NCBI GenBank assembly: GCA_947084955.1 | Contig: CAMTUO010000033.1 | Coordinates: 8,164 to 72,163, forward strand | DNA: 64,000 nucleotides | DNA from: an uncultured Gallionella sp. | Lineage (GTDB): Bacteria; Pseudomonadota; Gammaproteobacteria; Burkholderiales; Gallionellaceae | Direction: 5' to 3' | In this document: positions 39,016 to 47,836 of the stretch, piece after piece | How the letters are laid out: the number at the start of each line of letters is the position of its first letter | How positions within the stretch are numbered: the stretch's first letter is position 1 | Translations under genes and position numbers: made by a program | The notes under the pieces: generated by a model | Told to the model about the DNA's origin: nothing | The model's input: only the letters and a program-made list of their open reading frames with translations | The model's database searches: none

Positions 39016-40739
39016 GCAAGCCGCAGATACGCTTACTCCTCGTCGAGGATGATAAGGTGGATCGCATGGCCTACCGCCGCGCGCTGGCGCAGGATCCGGA
39101 TTACGAATTCGTGCAGTACGAAGCCGAAACCGGTCGGGAGGGGCTGCAACTCGCTCATGCGGAAAAGCCGGACTGCGTGCTGCTCGACTTGCACCTGCCG
39201 GATATGACGGGCCTTGAGTTTCTAGCCGAACTGAAAAACGAGCTGGGGGAGATTCCGGTAATGATGCTGACGGGCGCCGACAATGCCTCTGTCGCGGTCG
39301 AGGCGATGAAACGCGGCGCGCAGGACTACCTGGTCAAGGATGTGAAGCGCCAATATCTGGAATTGCTGCCAACTGTCATTCGCCGCGTGTTGCGCGAGCG
39401 GCAGATGCTGATGGAAAAAAAACAGGTGGAGGATGAACTGCATCAACACCGCTTGCATCTTGAGAAGCTGGTGGAACAGCGCACCGATGAACTGGCGGAG
39501 GCAAATAAACAACTGCGCCAGGACGCTGCTGAGCGCGAGCGTGTTCATGCAGAACTGACACAGGCCAAGGTGGCAGCAGAAAAAGCCAATCTAGCGAAAT
39601 CGAATTTTATTTCCAGAATGAGCCATGAATTGCGCACCCCGCTCAATGCGATTATTGGTTTTACCCAGTTGATAGAGGCGGGCTCTCCTGCGCCTACGCC
39701 CAAGCAGATGGCAAGGCTCAAAGAGATACGCCATGGAGGATGGTATTTGCTGGATCTGATCAACGAAATTCTGGATCTCGCCGTGATTGAGTCAGGCCGT
39801 CTTTCGCTGTCGCGAGAGCCGGTGTCGCTGATCGATGTGATGCAAGAATGCCAGGCCCTGATCGAAGCGCAGGCGCAACAACGCGGCATCACCATCAACT
39901 TTCTCCCCTTCGATCACAGCTGGTTTGTCCGTGCCGATCATACCCGGCTCAAGCAGGTTTTGATCAACCTGCTGAGCAATGCGATAAAATACAACCGCGA
40001 GCGGGGAACGGTCGAGGTAAAATGCACCTGCACCCGGGAGCGCATACGCATCAGCGTCAAGGACAGTGGTGTGGGATTGCCGCTGGAAATGCAGAAGCAG
40101 TTGTTTCAACCATTCAATCGCTTGGGACAAGAGAGCGGTGCCGTGGAAGGGACGGGTATCGGCCTGGTAGTCACCAAGCAACTGGTCGAGCTGATGGGTG
40201 GAACGATAGGTGTGAAAAGCACCCTCGGCGTGGGCAGCGACTTCCGCTTCGAACTGAGCCGGGACTTTACGCCACAACTGGCAGCAAGCGAATTTCAAGG
40301 GTTAACCCCGAAAACTTATGCCGGCATTCAGCAGCACACCCTGCTTTATTTTGAAGACAACCCGGCCAACATGTTGCTGGTCAAGGAGCTCATTGAGGAG
40401 GCGCGTCCCGATGTGCGCTTGCTGATCGCAGATAACGGCAAGCTCGGCATTGAACTGGCGCGCACCCATCTGCCGGATGTGATTCTGATGGATATTGCCT
40501 TGCCCGATATCAACGGTATCGAAGCGGTCGAGATACTGCTTAAAGATCCGCTGACGGCGCATATTCCTATCGTTGCGCTGAGTGCCAATGCCATGCACGA
40601 TGATGTTTTGCAAGGGATGGAAGCGGGACTTTTCCGCTATATCTGCAAGCCCTTTGAACTCAGTGAATTGATGGGCGTGATTGACGAGGCACTGGAATTT
40701 CGAAAAAGCAGATTAGCCGACACGAATAAAACAAATTGA
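39012..40739 (+). CDS. Hybrid histidine kinase REC-HisKA-HATPase-REC
   Basis: TTG start overlapping the upstream stop; SHELRTPLN, NLLSNAIKY, GTGIGL and a C-terminal ILMDI receiver. Confidence 0.88.
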   Translation: MSKPQIRLLLVEDDKVDRMAYRRALAQDPDYEFVQYEAETGREGLQLAHAEKPDCVLLDLHLPDMTGLEFLAELKNELGEIPVMMLTGADNASVAVEAMKRGAQDYLVKDVKRQYLELLPTVIRRVLRERQMLMEKKQVEDELHQHRLHLEKLVEQRTDELAEANKQLRQDAAERERVHAELTQAKVAAEKANLAKSNFISRMSHELRTPLNAIIGFTQLIEAGSPAPTPKQMARLKEIRHGGWYLLDLINEILDLAVIESGRLSLSREPVSLIDVMQECQALIEAQAQQRGITINFLPFDHSWFVRADHTRLKQVLINLLSNAIKYNRERGTVEVKCTCTRERIRISVKDSGVGLPLEMQKQLFQPFNRLGQESGAVEGTGIGLVVTKQLVELMGGTIGVKSTLGVGSDFRFELSRDFTPQLAASEFQGLTPKTYAGIQQHTLLYFEDNPANMLLVKELIEEARPDVRLLIADNGKLGIELARTHLPDVILMDIALPDINGIEAVEILLKDPLTAHIPIVALSANAMHDDVLQGMEAGLFRYICKPFELSELMGVIDEALEFRKSRLADTNKTN

Positions 40740-40784
40740 GTGCTGTTTGCGCCAGCATTTTTAACGCTAATAAGGAAAATTAAC

Positions 40785-41201
40785 ATGAAAATTGCCTGCA
40801 AGTCGATCCTGCTGGTGGAAGACGATCAAGTGGACGTGATGACGGTCAAGCGCGCCCTGAAAGAAATTCACGTCACCAACCCGGTGGTGAATCAGGAAAA
40901 TGGTGAGGATGCGCTGAAATACCTGCGCGACCCTGACAGCGAGAAGCCTTGCATCATCTTGCTCGATCTGAACATGCCGATCATGAACGGCATTGAGTTT
41001 TTGCACATCGTGAAACAGGATGCCCTGCTCAGGCGGATTCCGGTGGTGGTGCTGACGACTTCAGAGGAACAACAGGACAAGGTAAGCAGTTTCGATCTGG
41101 GGGTGGCAGGCTATATGGCCAAACCGGTGGATTACCGGCAATTTGTCGAAGTCATGCGCACCATCGACGCCTATTGGACCATCAGCGAGGTGCCGCAATG
41201 A
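40785..41201 (+). CDS. Single-domain response regulator (Rcp1-like), copy B
   Basis: Near-identical to 38599-39015. Confidence 0.9.
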   Translation: MKIACKSILLVEDDQVDVMTVKRALKEIHVTNPVVNQENGEDALKYLRDPDSEKPCIILLDLNMPIMNGIEFLHIVKQDALLRRIPVVVLTTSEEQQDKVSSFDLGVAGYMAKPVDYRQFVEVMRTIDAYWTISEVPQ

Positions 41202-42520
41202 GTAAGCCGCAAGTCTATGTATTGATTGTCGAAGATGATCTGGTGGATCGCATGGCTTGCAGTCGTGCGCTGGTACACAATCCCGACTATGAATTCGTGC
41301 TGTACGAGGCCGAGACAGGCCGCGAGGGGCTGCAACTCGCGCATGACAAAAAACCGGACTGTGTGCTGCTGGATTTGCATTTGCCGGACATGACAGGTAT
41401 CGAGTTTCTGGCCGAGCTAAAAAATGAACTGGGCGAGATGCCGATACCGGTGATGATGCTGACTGGCGCCGATAATGCATCGCTTGCGGTCGAGGCGATG
41501 AAATGCGGTGCACAGGATTATCTGGTCAAGGATGTGCATCTTCAGTATCTGGAACTGTTGCCGGCCGTCATCGGGCGCGTGCTGCGCGAGCGTCACATGG
41601 TGCTGGAAAAAAGGCAGATGGAAGCCAATCTGGGCCAGGCTGAAGCCAAGTACCGTTTTCTGGTGGAGCAGATCCCGGCAATCACTTACACCGCTGCGCT
41701 GGATGAACCCGGCAAACTGTTGTATATCAGCCCGCAGATCAGTCAGCTGGGTTTTCCTGTCGAGGAATGGCTGGAGGATCATGAAGGCCTGCTCAAACAG
41801 GTTTACCCCGAAGACCGGCCGATTTTGCGTGCGGGTATCATGCGCTGCTATGAAAATGGAGAACCATTGCGCTGCGAATATCGCGTGTTCACCCGTGCAG
41901 GCGATATGCGCTGGTTCCTCAATGAGTCGAGTCTGGTGTGTGATGATCATGGTAAGCCTTTGTTTTTACAAGGTATTCTGATTGATGTCAGCCGTGATAA
42001 GAAAATCGAGGAAGAGTTGCAGCAGCATCGTCAGCGACTCGAAGAGCTGGTCGCCAATCGCACCATGCAGTTTGAAAAGCAGACCGAGATACTCAAATCG
42101 GTTAATGCCAATCTCACCACTAAACTGGATGAATGCGCCACGGCCCGGGGCGAACTCAGAAAACACGGAGATCAGATGGAGGATCTCTATCTGAATGCAC
42201 CCTGTGCGTATTGCCTGCTGGATGCGGACGGCGTATTGGTGCGTATCAATGCGGCAGGGATCAGCCTGCTGGGCCGCACCGCTGAAGAAGTGCTGGGCAA
42301 AATGAAACTGGCCGATCTGCTGACGCCTGCAAGTGCAGAAATTTTTGCGGCACGTTATTCGCAGCTCAGGGAGACGGGTTTGCTGCGCGACCTGGAACTT
42401 GAAGTCCTGCAGGCGGACGGGGAAAGTGTGCCCGTATTGCTGGGCGGCAATGTGATCAGGGATGCATCCGGGCGTTTTGCGATGAGCCGCATTGTGCTGC
42501 GTGACAGGGCGCCGACCTGA
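41198..42520 (+). CDS. REC-PAS-PAS protein with no output domain
   Basis: REC and first PAS are paralogous to the gene at 35642; the protein ends just after the second PAS (VLRDRAPT*). Confidence 0.8.
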   Translation: MSKPQVYVLIVEDDLVDRMACSRALVHNPDYEFVLYEAETGREGLQLAHDKKPDCVLLDLHLPDMTGIEFLAELKNELGEMPIPVMMLTGADNASLAVEAMKCGAQDYLVKDVHLQYLELLPAVIGRVLRERHMVLEKRQMEANLGQAEAKYRFLVEQIPAITYTAALDEPGKLLYISPQISQLGFPVEEWLEDHEGLLKQVYPEDRPILRAGIMRCYENGEPLRCEYRVFTRAGDMRWFLNESSLVCDDHGKPLFLQGILIDVSRDKKIEEELQQHRQRLEELVANRTMQFEKQTEILKSVNANLTTKLDECATARGELRKHGDQMEDLYLNAPCAYCLLDADGVLVRINAAGISLLGRTAEEVLGKMKLADLLTPASAEIFAARYSQLRETGLLRDLELEVLQADGESVPVLLGGNVIRDASGRFAMSRIVLRDRAPT

Positions 42521-42571
42521 TGACGGCCGGGCGGATGGCTTGTGATCTGATGACTTGCGGGTAAGGTTACC

Positions 42572-44923
42572 ATGCCAGGACAACAGATCGGTCGTTTCGA
42601 AATTTTGAAAGAGCTGGGCAGAGGCGGGCAGGGGGCTGTTTATCTGGCACACGATCCGCAGCTTGACCGCAAGGTCGCGATTAAGACGTTACGCGGCCAA
42701 CAAACGGAACAACTGGTACACGAAGCACAGGTTGTCAGCAAGTTGCAGCATCCCAATGTGATCGCACTGTATGACTCGGGCGAGCATCAGGGATCACCCT
42801 ATCTGGTTTATGCCTATGTTGAGGGTGAGACGCTCGATCAATTGCTCAAGCGTGAAAAGACGCTGACGTTTGTGCGCACTGCGGAAATAGCGTGCGGCCT
42901 GCTGGAAGGTTTGGCTTATGCACATTCACAAGGCGTATCGCATCTGGATATCAAGCCTGCCAACGTCATGATTTCCCGCAGCGGCATACCGATGGTGATG
43001 GATTTCGGGTTGGCGAAGGCAGCCAATGATAAGGGGAAAGCGCACGACCCTACGCTGAGTGGAACGCCACGCTATATGGCGCCTGAGATTATCTCGGGAA
43101 AACAGATTGATTTTGTGTCAGATATCTATGCAGTAGGCGCCATACTCTATGAAATGGTGACCGGAGAATATGCCGTGCGCGGCGAGAATGTTTTTGAAGT
43201 CCTGAACCGTGCCGCGAACGAGAGAATCGCTGCACCGTCGTTGCGTAACGAACAACTGGATGAAAAGCTTGAAGCGATTATTTTAAAAGCAATCGCAAAA
43301 AATCCTGAAGAGCGTTTTTCGGGCGCTGCTGCGATGAAGCAGGCCTTGCAGGATTATCTCGGCGAGTCGCGAGTCGCGGTCAGCACACCCAGCGGCGCGC
43401 ACAGCACAACGGAGTTTTTGCTGCGCCGCATGAACAGCAAAAGCGATTTTCCCGCGCTCTCCAATATCATTTCCGAAATCAATAAAATCGTCTCCTCCGA
43501 GTCGGAGAGCGGCAACAAGCTGGCGCGCACGATTTTGCAGGACTTTGCCCTTACCAGTAAACTGCTGAAACTGGTGAATACCGCATCGTACGGACAGTTT
43601 GGCGGAACCATCAATACAGTTTCCAAAGCAGTGGTGATCCTCGGTTTTGAGACGATCAGAAATATCGCGATGTCTCTGATTCTGATGGAGTTTTTGCAAA
43701 ATAAGACGCAGGCGGTGCACCTCAGGGATGAAGTGGTGCAGTCCATATTTACCAGTATTGTGGCGGCGCAACTGTCGGTCGGACGCAACATTCGTGATGC
43801 CGAAGAAGTGATGGTGTGTGCCATGTTTCATAATCTGGGCAAAATGCTGGCGACGTATTACTTTTTCGATGAAAGTCGCGAAATTGCCATACTGGTCGAG
43901 CAGGGCGAGACGGAAGAGCAGGCCGCTGTGAAAATGCTGGGCATCGCCTATCCTGAATTGGGTCTGGCGGTGGGGCGCAACTGGAATTTTCCGCCGCGCC
44001 TGATTGCCGGAATGCGCAAACTGCCTGCCGGCAAGGTGGGCGCCGCTCAGGGAGATATGGATTATTTGACCGTGACGATCAATCTTGCGCATGATCTGTG
44101 CGATATCGCAACCTTAGGTAATCATCAGGATAAACAACGGTCTTTAAACAAACTGGTCGCCCGCTATGCGAGCGCAACCCGCGTTTCAGAACGTGAATTG
44201 TCCGCAGCCATTGATGTCGGGATCAGCGAATTAAATCAGCGGGCCGCTATGCTGAATATCAGTACCGGCAAGAGTCCCTTGCTGAGTCGGGTGCGCAAGT
44301 GGATTGGAGATTCGCCGCTTGCCGGTGCGGCGAACAAAAAACAGGGATTTAACGAGTTAACGAATCTGGATCAGGCTGTGCAAGATGTGGCCGTTGACGC
44401 ACGTCCCTCCAATGCGGAAGCCATTCTGGGCGCAGGGATACAGGATGTGACCGCGTCCCTGGTGAGTGACTTTAAGCTCAACGATGTGCTGCAGATGGTG
44501 CTGGAAACCATCTATCGCGGTATCGGTTTTCATCGCGCGCTGATCCTGACGCGTGACAACAGGCAGAACGCCATGGTGGCCAAGTTCGGTTTCGGTCAGG
44601 ATGTGGAAGCGCTGATTCCGCGATTCCAGTTTGCCTTGCCTTTCGTGGCCGATGTGTTTCATTTGTCGATCGAAAAGGGGCTGGATATCGCGATCGAGAA
44701 TATCAATGCCCCCAACATCGTCAACAAAATCCCCGAATGGTACCGGACTCACGTCAATGCGCCCTGCTTTATCTTGTTGCCGGTGATGCTCAAAGACAGG
44801 GCAATCGGGCTGTTTTACGCGGATATGCTGACGGCTGACAGCCTCAAGCTGACGCCGCAGCAGTTGTCCTTGTTGCGCACGCTACGCAATCAGGCGGTGC
44901 TTGCGATCAAACAGAAGTTCTGA
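42572..44923 (+). CDS. Hanks-type Ser/Thr protein kinase fused to HDOD and a GAF-like C-terminal domain
   Basis: LGRGGQG, VAIK, HLDIKPAN, DFG, GTPRYMAPE; HDOD region FPALS...LLKLVNTA...HNLGK. Confidence 0.88.
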   Translation: MPGQQIGRFEILKELGRGGQGAVYLAHDPQLDRKVAIKTLRGQQTEQLVHEAQVVSKLQHPNVIALYDSGEHQGSPYLVYAYVEGETLDQLLKREKTLTFVRTAEIACGLLEGLAYAHSQGVSHLDIKPANVMISRSGIPMVMDFGLAKAANDKGKAHDPTLSGTPRYMAPEIISGKQIDFVSDIYAVGAILYEMVTGEYAVRGENVFEVLNRAANERIAAPSLRNEQLDEKLEAIILKAIAKNPEERFSGAAAMKQALQDYLGESRVAVSTPSGAHSTTEFLLRRMNSKSDFPALSNIISEINKIVSSESESGNKLARTILQDFALTSKLLKLVNTASYGQFGGTINTVSKAVVILGFETIRNIAMSLILMEFLQNKTQAVHLRDEVVQSIFTSIVAAQLSVGRNIRDAEEVMVCAMFHNLGKMLATYYFFDESREIAILVEQGETEEQAAVKMLGIAYPELGLAVGRNWNFPPRLIAGMRKLPAGKVGAAQGDMDYLTVTINLAHDLCDIATLGNHQDKQRSLNKLVARYASATRVSERELSAAIDVGISELNQRAAMLNISTGKSPLLSRVRKWIGDSPLAGAANKKQGFNELTNLDQAVQDVAVDARPSNAEAILGAGIQDVTASLVSDFKLNDVLQMVLETIYRGIGFHRALILTRDNRQNAMVAKFGFGQDVEALIPRFQFALPFVADVFHLSIEKGLDIAIENINAPNIVNKIPEWYRTHVNAPCFILLPVMLKDRAIGLFYADMLTADSLKLTPQQLSLLRTLRNQAVLAIKQKF

Positions 44924-44930
44924 GTTCGGC

Positions 44931-45866
44931 ATGATCAGGACAAGCATATTCACACTGTTGATGCCGTTGCTGCTGGCAGCCTGCGCCACACCCCCTGTAC
45001 AGTACAAGGATGTGATCCCGCCACAAGCCGTCTATGCCGCGCCGATAAACTCAGAAAAACCCGTCGTGGCCCTGGCGCTGGGCAGCGGCGGAGACCGCGG
45101 TTTTGTGCATATCGGCGTGATCAAGGCGCTGGAAGAGAACGGGATCAAGGTGGATATGGTGCTGGGCACCAGTGCGGGCAGTGTGGTCGGTGCGCTGTAT
45201 GCCGGCGGCTACAGTGGTGCAGCCCTGGAAACGCTGGCTCTCGAGATGGATCGGGAAAAGCTGAAGGATTATGCGTTTTCCAGGCGCGCGTATGTGCGTG
45301 GCGAACAGTTGCAGGACTTCGTGAATCGCGCCTTGCAAAATCGCTCGATCGAGCAGCTGGATAAACCCTTTGTGGCGGTCGCCACCCAGCTTGCCACGGG
45401 AAGAACGGTCGCCTTTAACCGGGGCAATACCGGCATGGCGGTGCGCGCTTCCAGCAGCATACCCGGTGTGTTTTATCCGGTCAGTATCCGCGGCGAGGAG
45501 TATGTGGACGGAGATTTAAAAAAACCGGTACCCGTTTCGCTGGCGCGCGAAATGGGTGCCGATCTCATTATCGCTGTAGATATTTCGCAACAACCTAAAG
45601 ACTACACGGTGCTGGGCGATATCATCGACATCCTGAAGCAAAGCTTGCGCATCATGCGCCAATCCATTTTGTCGCAGGAACTGAAAGCGGCACAAGTCGT
45701 GATTCGGCCGGTAATCGGCCCGACACCGGAAATCGATGCGAACAGCAAGTTACGTCTGATCAAAATCGGCGAGGATGCCACCAACGCGGCCATGCTGATG
45801 ATACGCGAATGGTTGCAGAAAATTGCCGCCGAGAAAGCGCTGGAACACGCAGTGCCTCATGGATAA
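44931..45866 (+). CDS. Patatin-like phospholipase lipoprotein
   Basis: Lipobox LAAC; GSGGDRG, GTSAG and YVDGD. Confidence 0.88.
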   Translation: MIRTSIFTLLMPLLLAACATPPVQYKDVIPPQAVYAAPINSEKPVVALALGSGGDRGFVHIGVIKALEENGIKVDMVLGTSAGSVVGALYAGGYSGAALETLALEMDREKLKDYAFSRRAYVRGEQLQDFVNRALQNRSIEQLDKPFVAVATQLATGRTVAFNRGNTGMAVRASSSIPGVFYPVSIRGEEYVDGDLKKPVPVSLAREMGADLIIAVDISQQPKDYTVLGDIIDILKQSLRIMRQSILSQELKAAQVVIRPVIGPTPEIDANSKLRLIKIGEDATNAAMLMIREWLQKIAAEKALEHAVPHG

Positions 45867-45871
45867 TGTTT

Positions 45872-45927
45872 TCCTCAATCCTCAATCCTTCACGCAACAA
45901 CTTGGGGCTCAGCCCCTTAGTTGTGCG
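45872..45927. repeat. Half heptamer array (TCCTCAA x2) followed by a hairpin
   Basis: TCCTCAATCCTCAATCC as at 16276-16290; hairpin ACAACT-TGGGGCT-C-AGCCCC-TT-AGTTGT. Confidence 0.45.
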
Positions 45928-45955
45928 GGGAAGACCCTTGCGGTCTGAATCTATC

Positions 45956-47353
45956 ATGAGTTTTTATTGCCAGGACGTGCCTTATCACACAGATGCAACG
46001 CACTTTTTTGCAGCGATTGCCGATCTGCCCTGTGCGGCGTGGCTGGACAGCGGCGGGATGGCACGTTTCGATATTCTGACCGCAGCACCCCATCACACGC
46101 TGGCCGCATCCGGGGGCGACCCGTTCGCGGTGCTGCGTAGCGAACTGGGTGCGGTGCTTCCGCCAGTGGAGGATGTGCCGTTTTCCGGCGGCGCGCTGGG
46201 TTACTGGGGCTACGATCTGCTGCACGAAAAAATGGCTGAGGCTGAACGGGACGACGACGCACCGCCTCGGATGTTTGTCGGCATATACGACTGGGCGCTG
46301 GTGCTGGATCATCAGGAAAAAACCGCCCGGCTGGTCTCGCATCGGCGCTATGCAGAAACTGAGGTTTTACTCGTGCAGGTTTTGCAGCGCCTGCAAACTG
46401 AATTCATCCAAAATACTTCAATAGCACTGTCATTCCCGCGCAAGCGGGAATCCAGCGAAACATACGCCCCGCGAAGCGGACAAAGCGGGTGTGTTCAGTC
46501 TGTGGATAGCTTCAGTGTACAAGGTAAGATCAGCTGCAATTTCACCTTTGAGCGTTATGCGGCGGCCTACGCCAGAGTGCAGGACTATCTGCAATCGGGG
46601 GACTGCTATCAGGTCAATCTTGCGCAGCGTTTCTCGGCAAAAGCCAGCGGTGATGCGCTCAGTGCCTATCTGACACTGCGGAAATTAAGTCCTGCGCCTT
46701 ATTCGGCGTATCTCAATTTTCCGGATGTTCAGATACTATGTGCTTCGCCTGAGCGTTTTATCCGCGTGCGGAGCCGATGCGTTGAAACAAAGCCGATCAA
46801 GGGTACCCGCCCGCGTGACAGTGATCCTGCGCGTGATGCGGCGCTGGCGGAAGCGTTAAGCCGGCACCCGAAGGACCGCGCCGAAAATCTGATGATCGTG
46901 GATCTCTTGCGCAACGATCTGGGCAAGGTTTGTAAACCCGGTTCGGTGCGAGTATCAGAGTTGTTCAAGGTGGAAAGTTACTCCAATGTTCACCATCTGG
47001 TCAGCAAAATAGAAGGGGTGCTCGCGGATGGATTCGATGCGCTGGATATGCTGGAGGGCTGTTTCCCCGGCGGTTCGATTACCGGCGCCCCTAAGCGGCG
47101 CGCGATGCAGATCATCGACGAGCTGGAGCCCGATGCGCGCGAAATTTATTGCGGGGCGATCGGCTATGTCGGTTTTGACGGTAATATGGACAGCAACATC
47201 GTGATACGCACGCTGGTGTATCGCAATAATGAAATTCGCTGCTGGGCAGGTGGTGGTCTGGTCGCCGATTCGCAGTGTGATGCGGAGTATCAGGAAACAC
47301 TGGATAAGGCTTCTGCGATGCTGGCTTTGTTGCGTCTGTATGGCGGAGAGTGA
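45956..47353 (+). CDS. pabB: Aminodeoxychorismate synthase component I, with an in-frame repeat insertion
   Basis: GDCYQVNL, SPERF, PIKGTRPR, AENLMIVDLLRND and FPGGSITGAPK. Confidence 0.9.
   Translation: MSFYCQDVPYHTDATHFFAAIADLPCAAWLDSGGMARFDILTAAPHHTLAASGGDPFAVLRSELGAVLPPVEDVPFSGGALGYWGYDLLHEKMAEAERDDDAPPRMFVGIYDWALVLDHQEKTARLVSHRRYAETEVLLVQVLQRLQTEFIQNTSIALSFPRKRESSETYAPRSGQSGCVQSVDSFSVQGKISCNFTFERYAAAYARVQDYLQSGDCYQVNLAQRFSAKASGDALSAYLTLRKLSPAPYSAYLNFPDVQILCASPERFIRVRSRCVETKPIKGTRPRDSDPARDAALAEALSRHPKDRAENLMIVDLLRNDLGKVCKPGSVRVSELFKVESYSNVHHLVSKIEGVLADGFDALDMLEGCFPGGSITGAPKRRAMQIIDELEPDAREIYCGAIGYVGFDGNMDSNIVIRTLVYRNNEIRCWAGGGLVADSQCDAEYQETLDKASAMLALLRLYGGE
46429..46484. repeat. REP-like palindrome translated inside pabB (SFPRKRES...)
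   Basis: GTCATTCCCGCGCAAGCGGGAATCCAG matches the cargo of the element at 2397-2423; followed by CCGCGAAGCGGACAA. Confidence 0.8.
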
Positions 47354-47383
47354 TGGCTGAAATTAATGAGGAGTGAAGTTGAT

Positions 47384-47812
47384 ATGAGTGAACCGTGCGA
47401 TTTTCATACGCGCCTGAGCGGTACTTTTTATGGCATCCTGCAATGGCAGCAGCTGGATGCGTTGTGGGCGCAGGTGAATCAGGGAAGCTGGTACTTTTAT
47501 CAGATAGGCGAAGCGCTTCCAGAGACGCCGCTGAGTGGTGAAGCGCTGGCTACGCGTGTCGCCGCGCTCAATACCCTGTTGCGTCAGGATCATGATTATC
47601 ATGTTTGCGGCATTGTGTATGTCGATGATCTGGCAACGCCTGCCTTGATCAAGGTATATGACCCGAACAATATCGGCTCTTCATGCAGCAGCAGCGATGC
47701 GCCGTCCCCTGCGCGCTGGATACTCAGCATTATGCCGCCGTCGCTGATCGAGGATCAGACGCCCGTGCCCCACTCACGGCGGCGCTGGTGGCAGCTTTTT
47801 CACAAGGGCTGA
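47384..47812 (+). CDS. Conserved-looking hypothetical protein
   Basis: GAGGAG RBS; motifs HDYHVCGIVYVDD and IKVYDPNNIGSSC. Confidence 0.7.
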   Translation: MSEPCDFHTRLSGTFYGILQWQQLDALWAQVNQGSWYFYQIGEALPETPLSGEALATRVAALNTLLRQDHDYHVCGIVYVDDLATPALIKVYDPNNIGSSCSSSDAPSPARWILSIMPPSLIEDQTPVPHSRRRWWQLFHKG

Positions 47813-47836
47813 CGCATCTGCCGGTACGCTTTGAAT

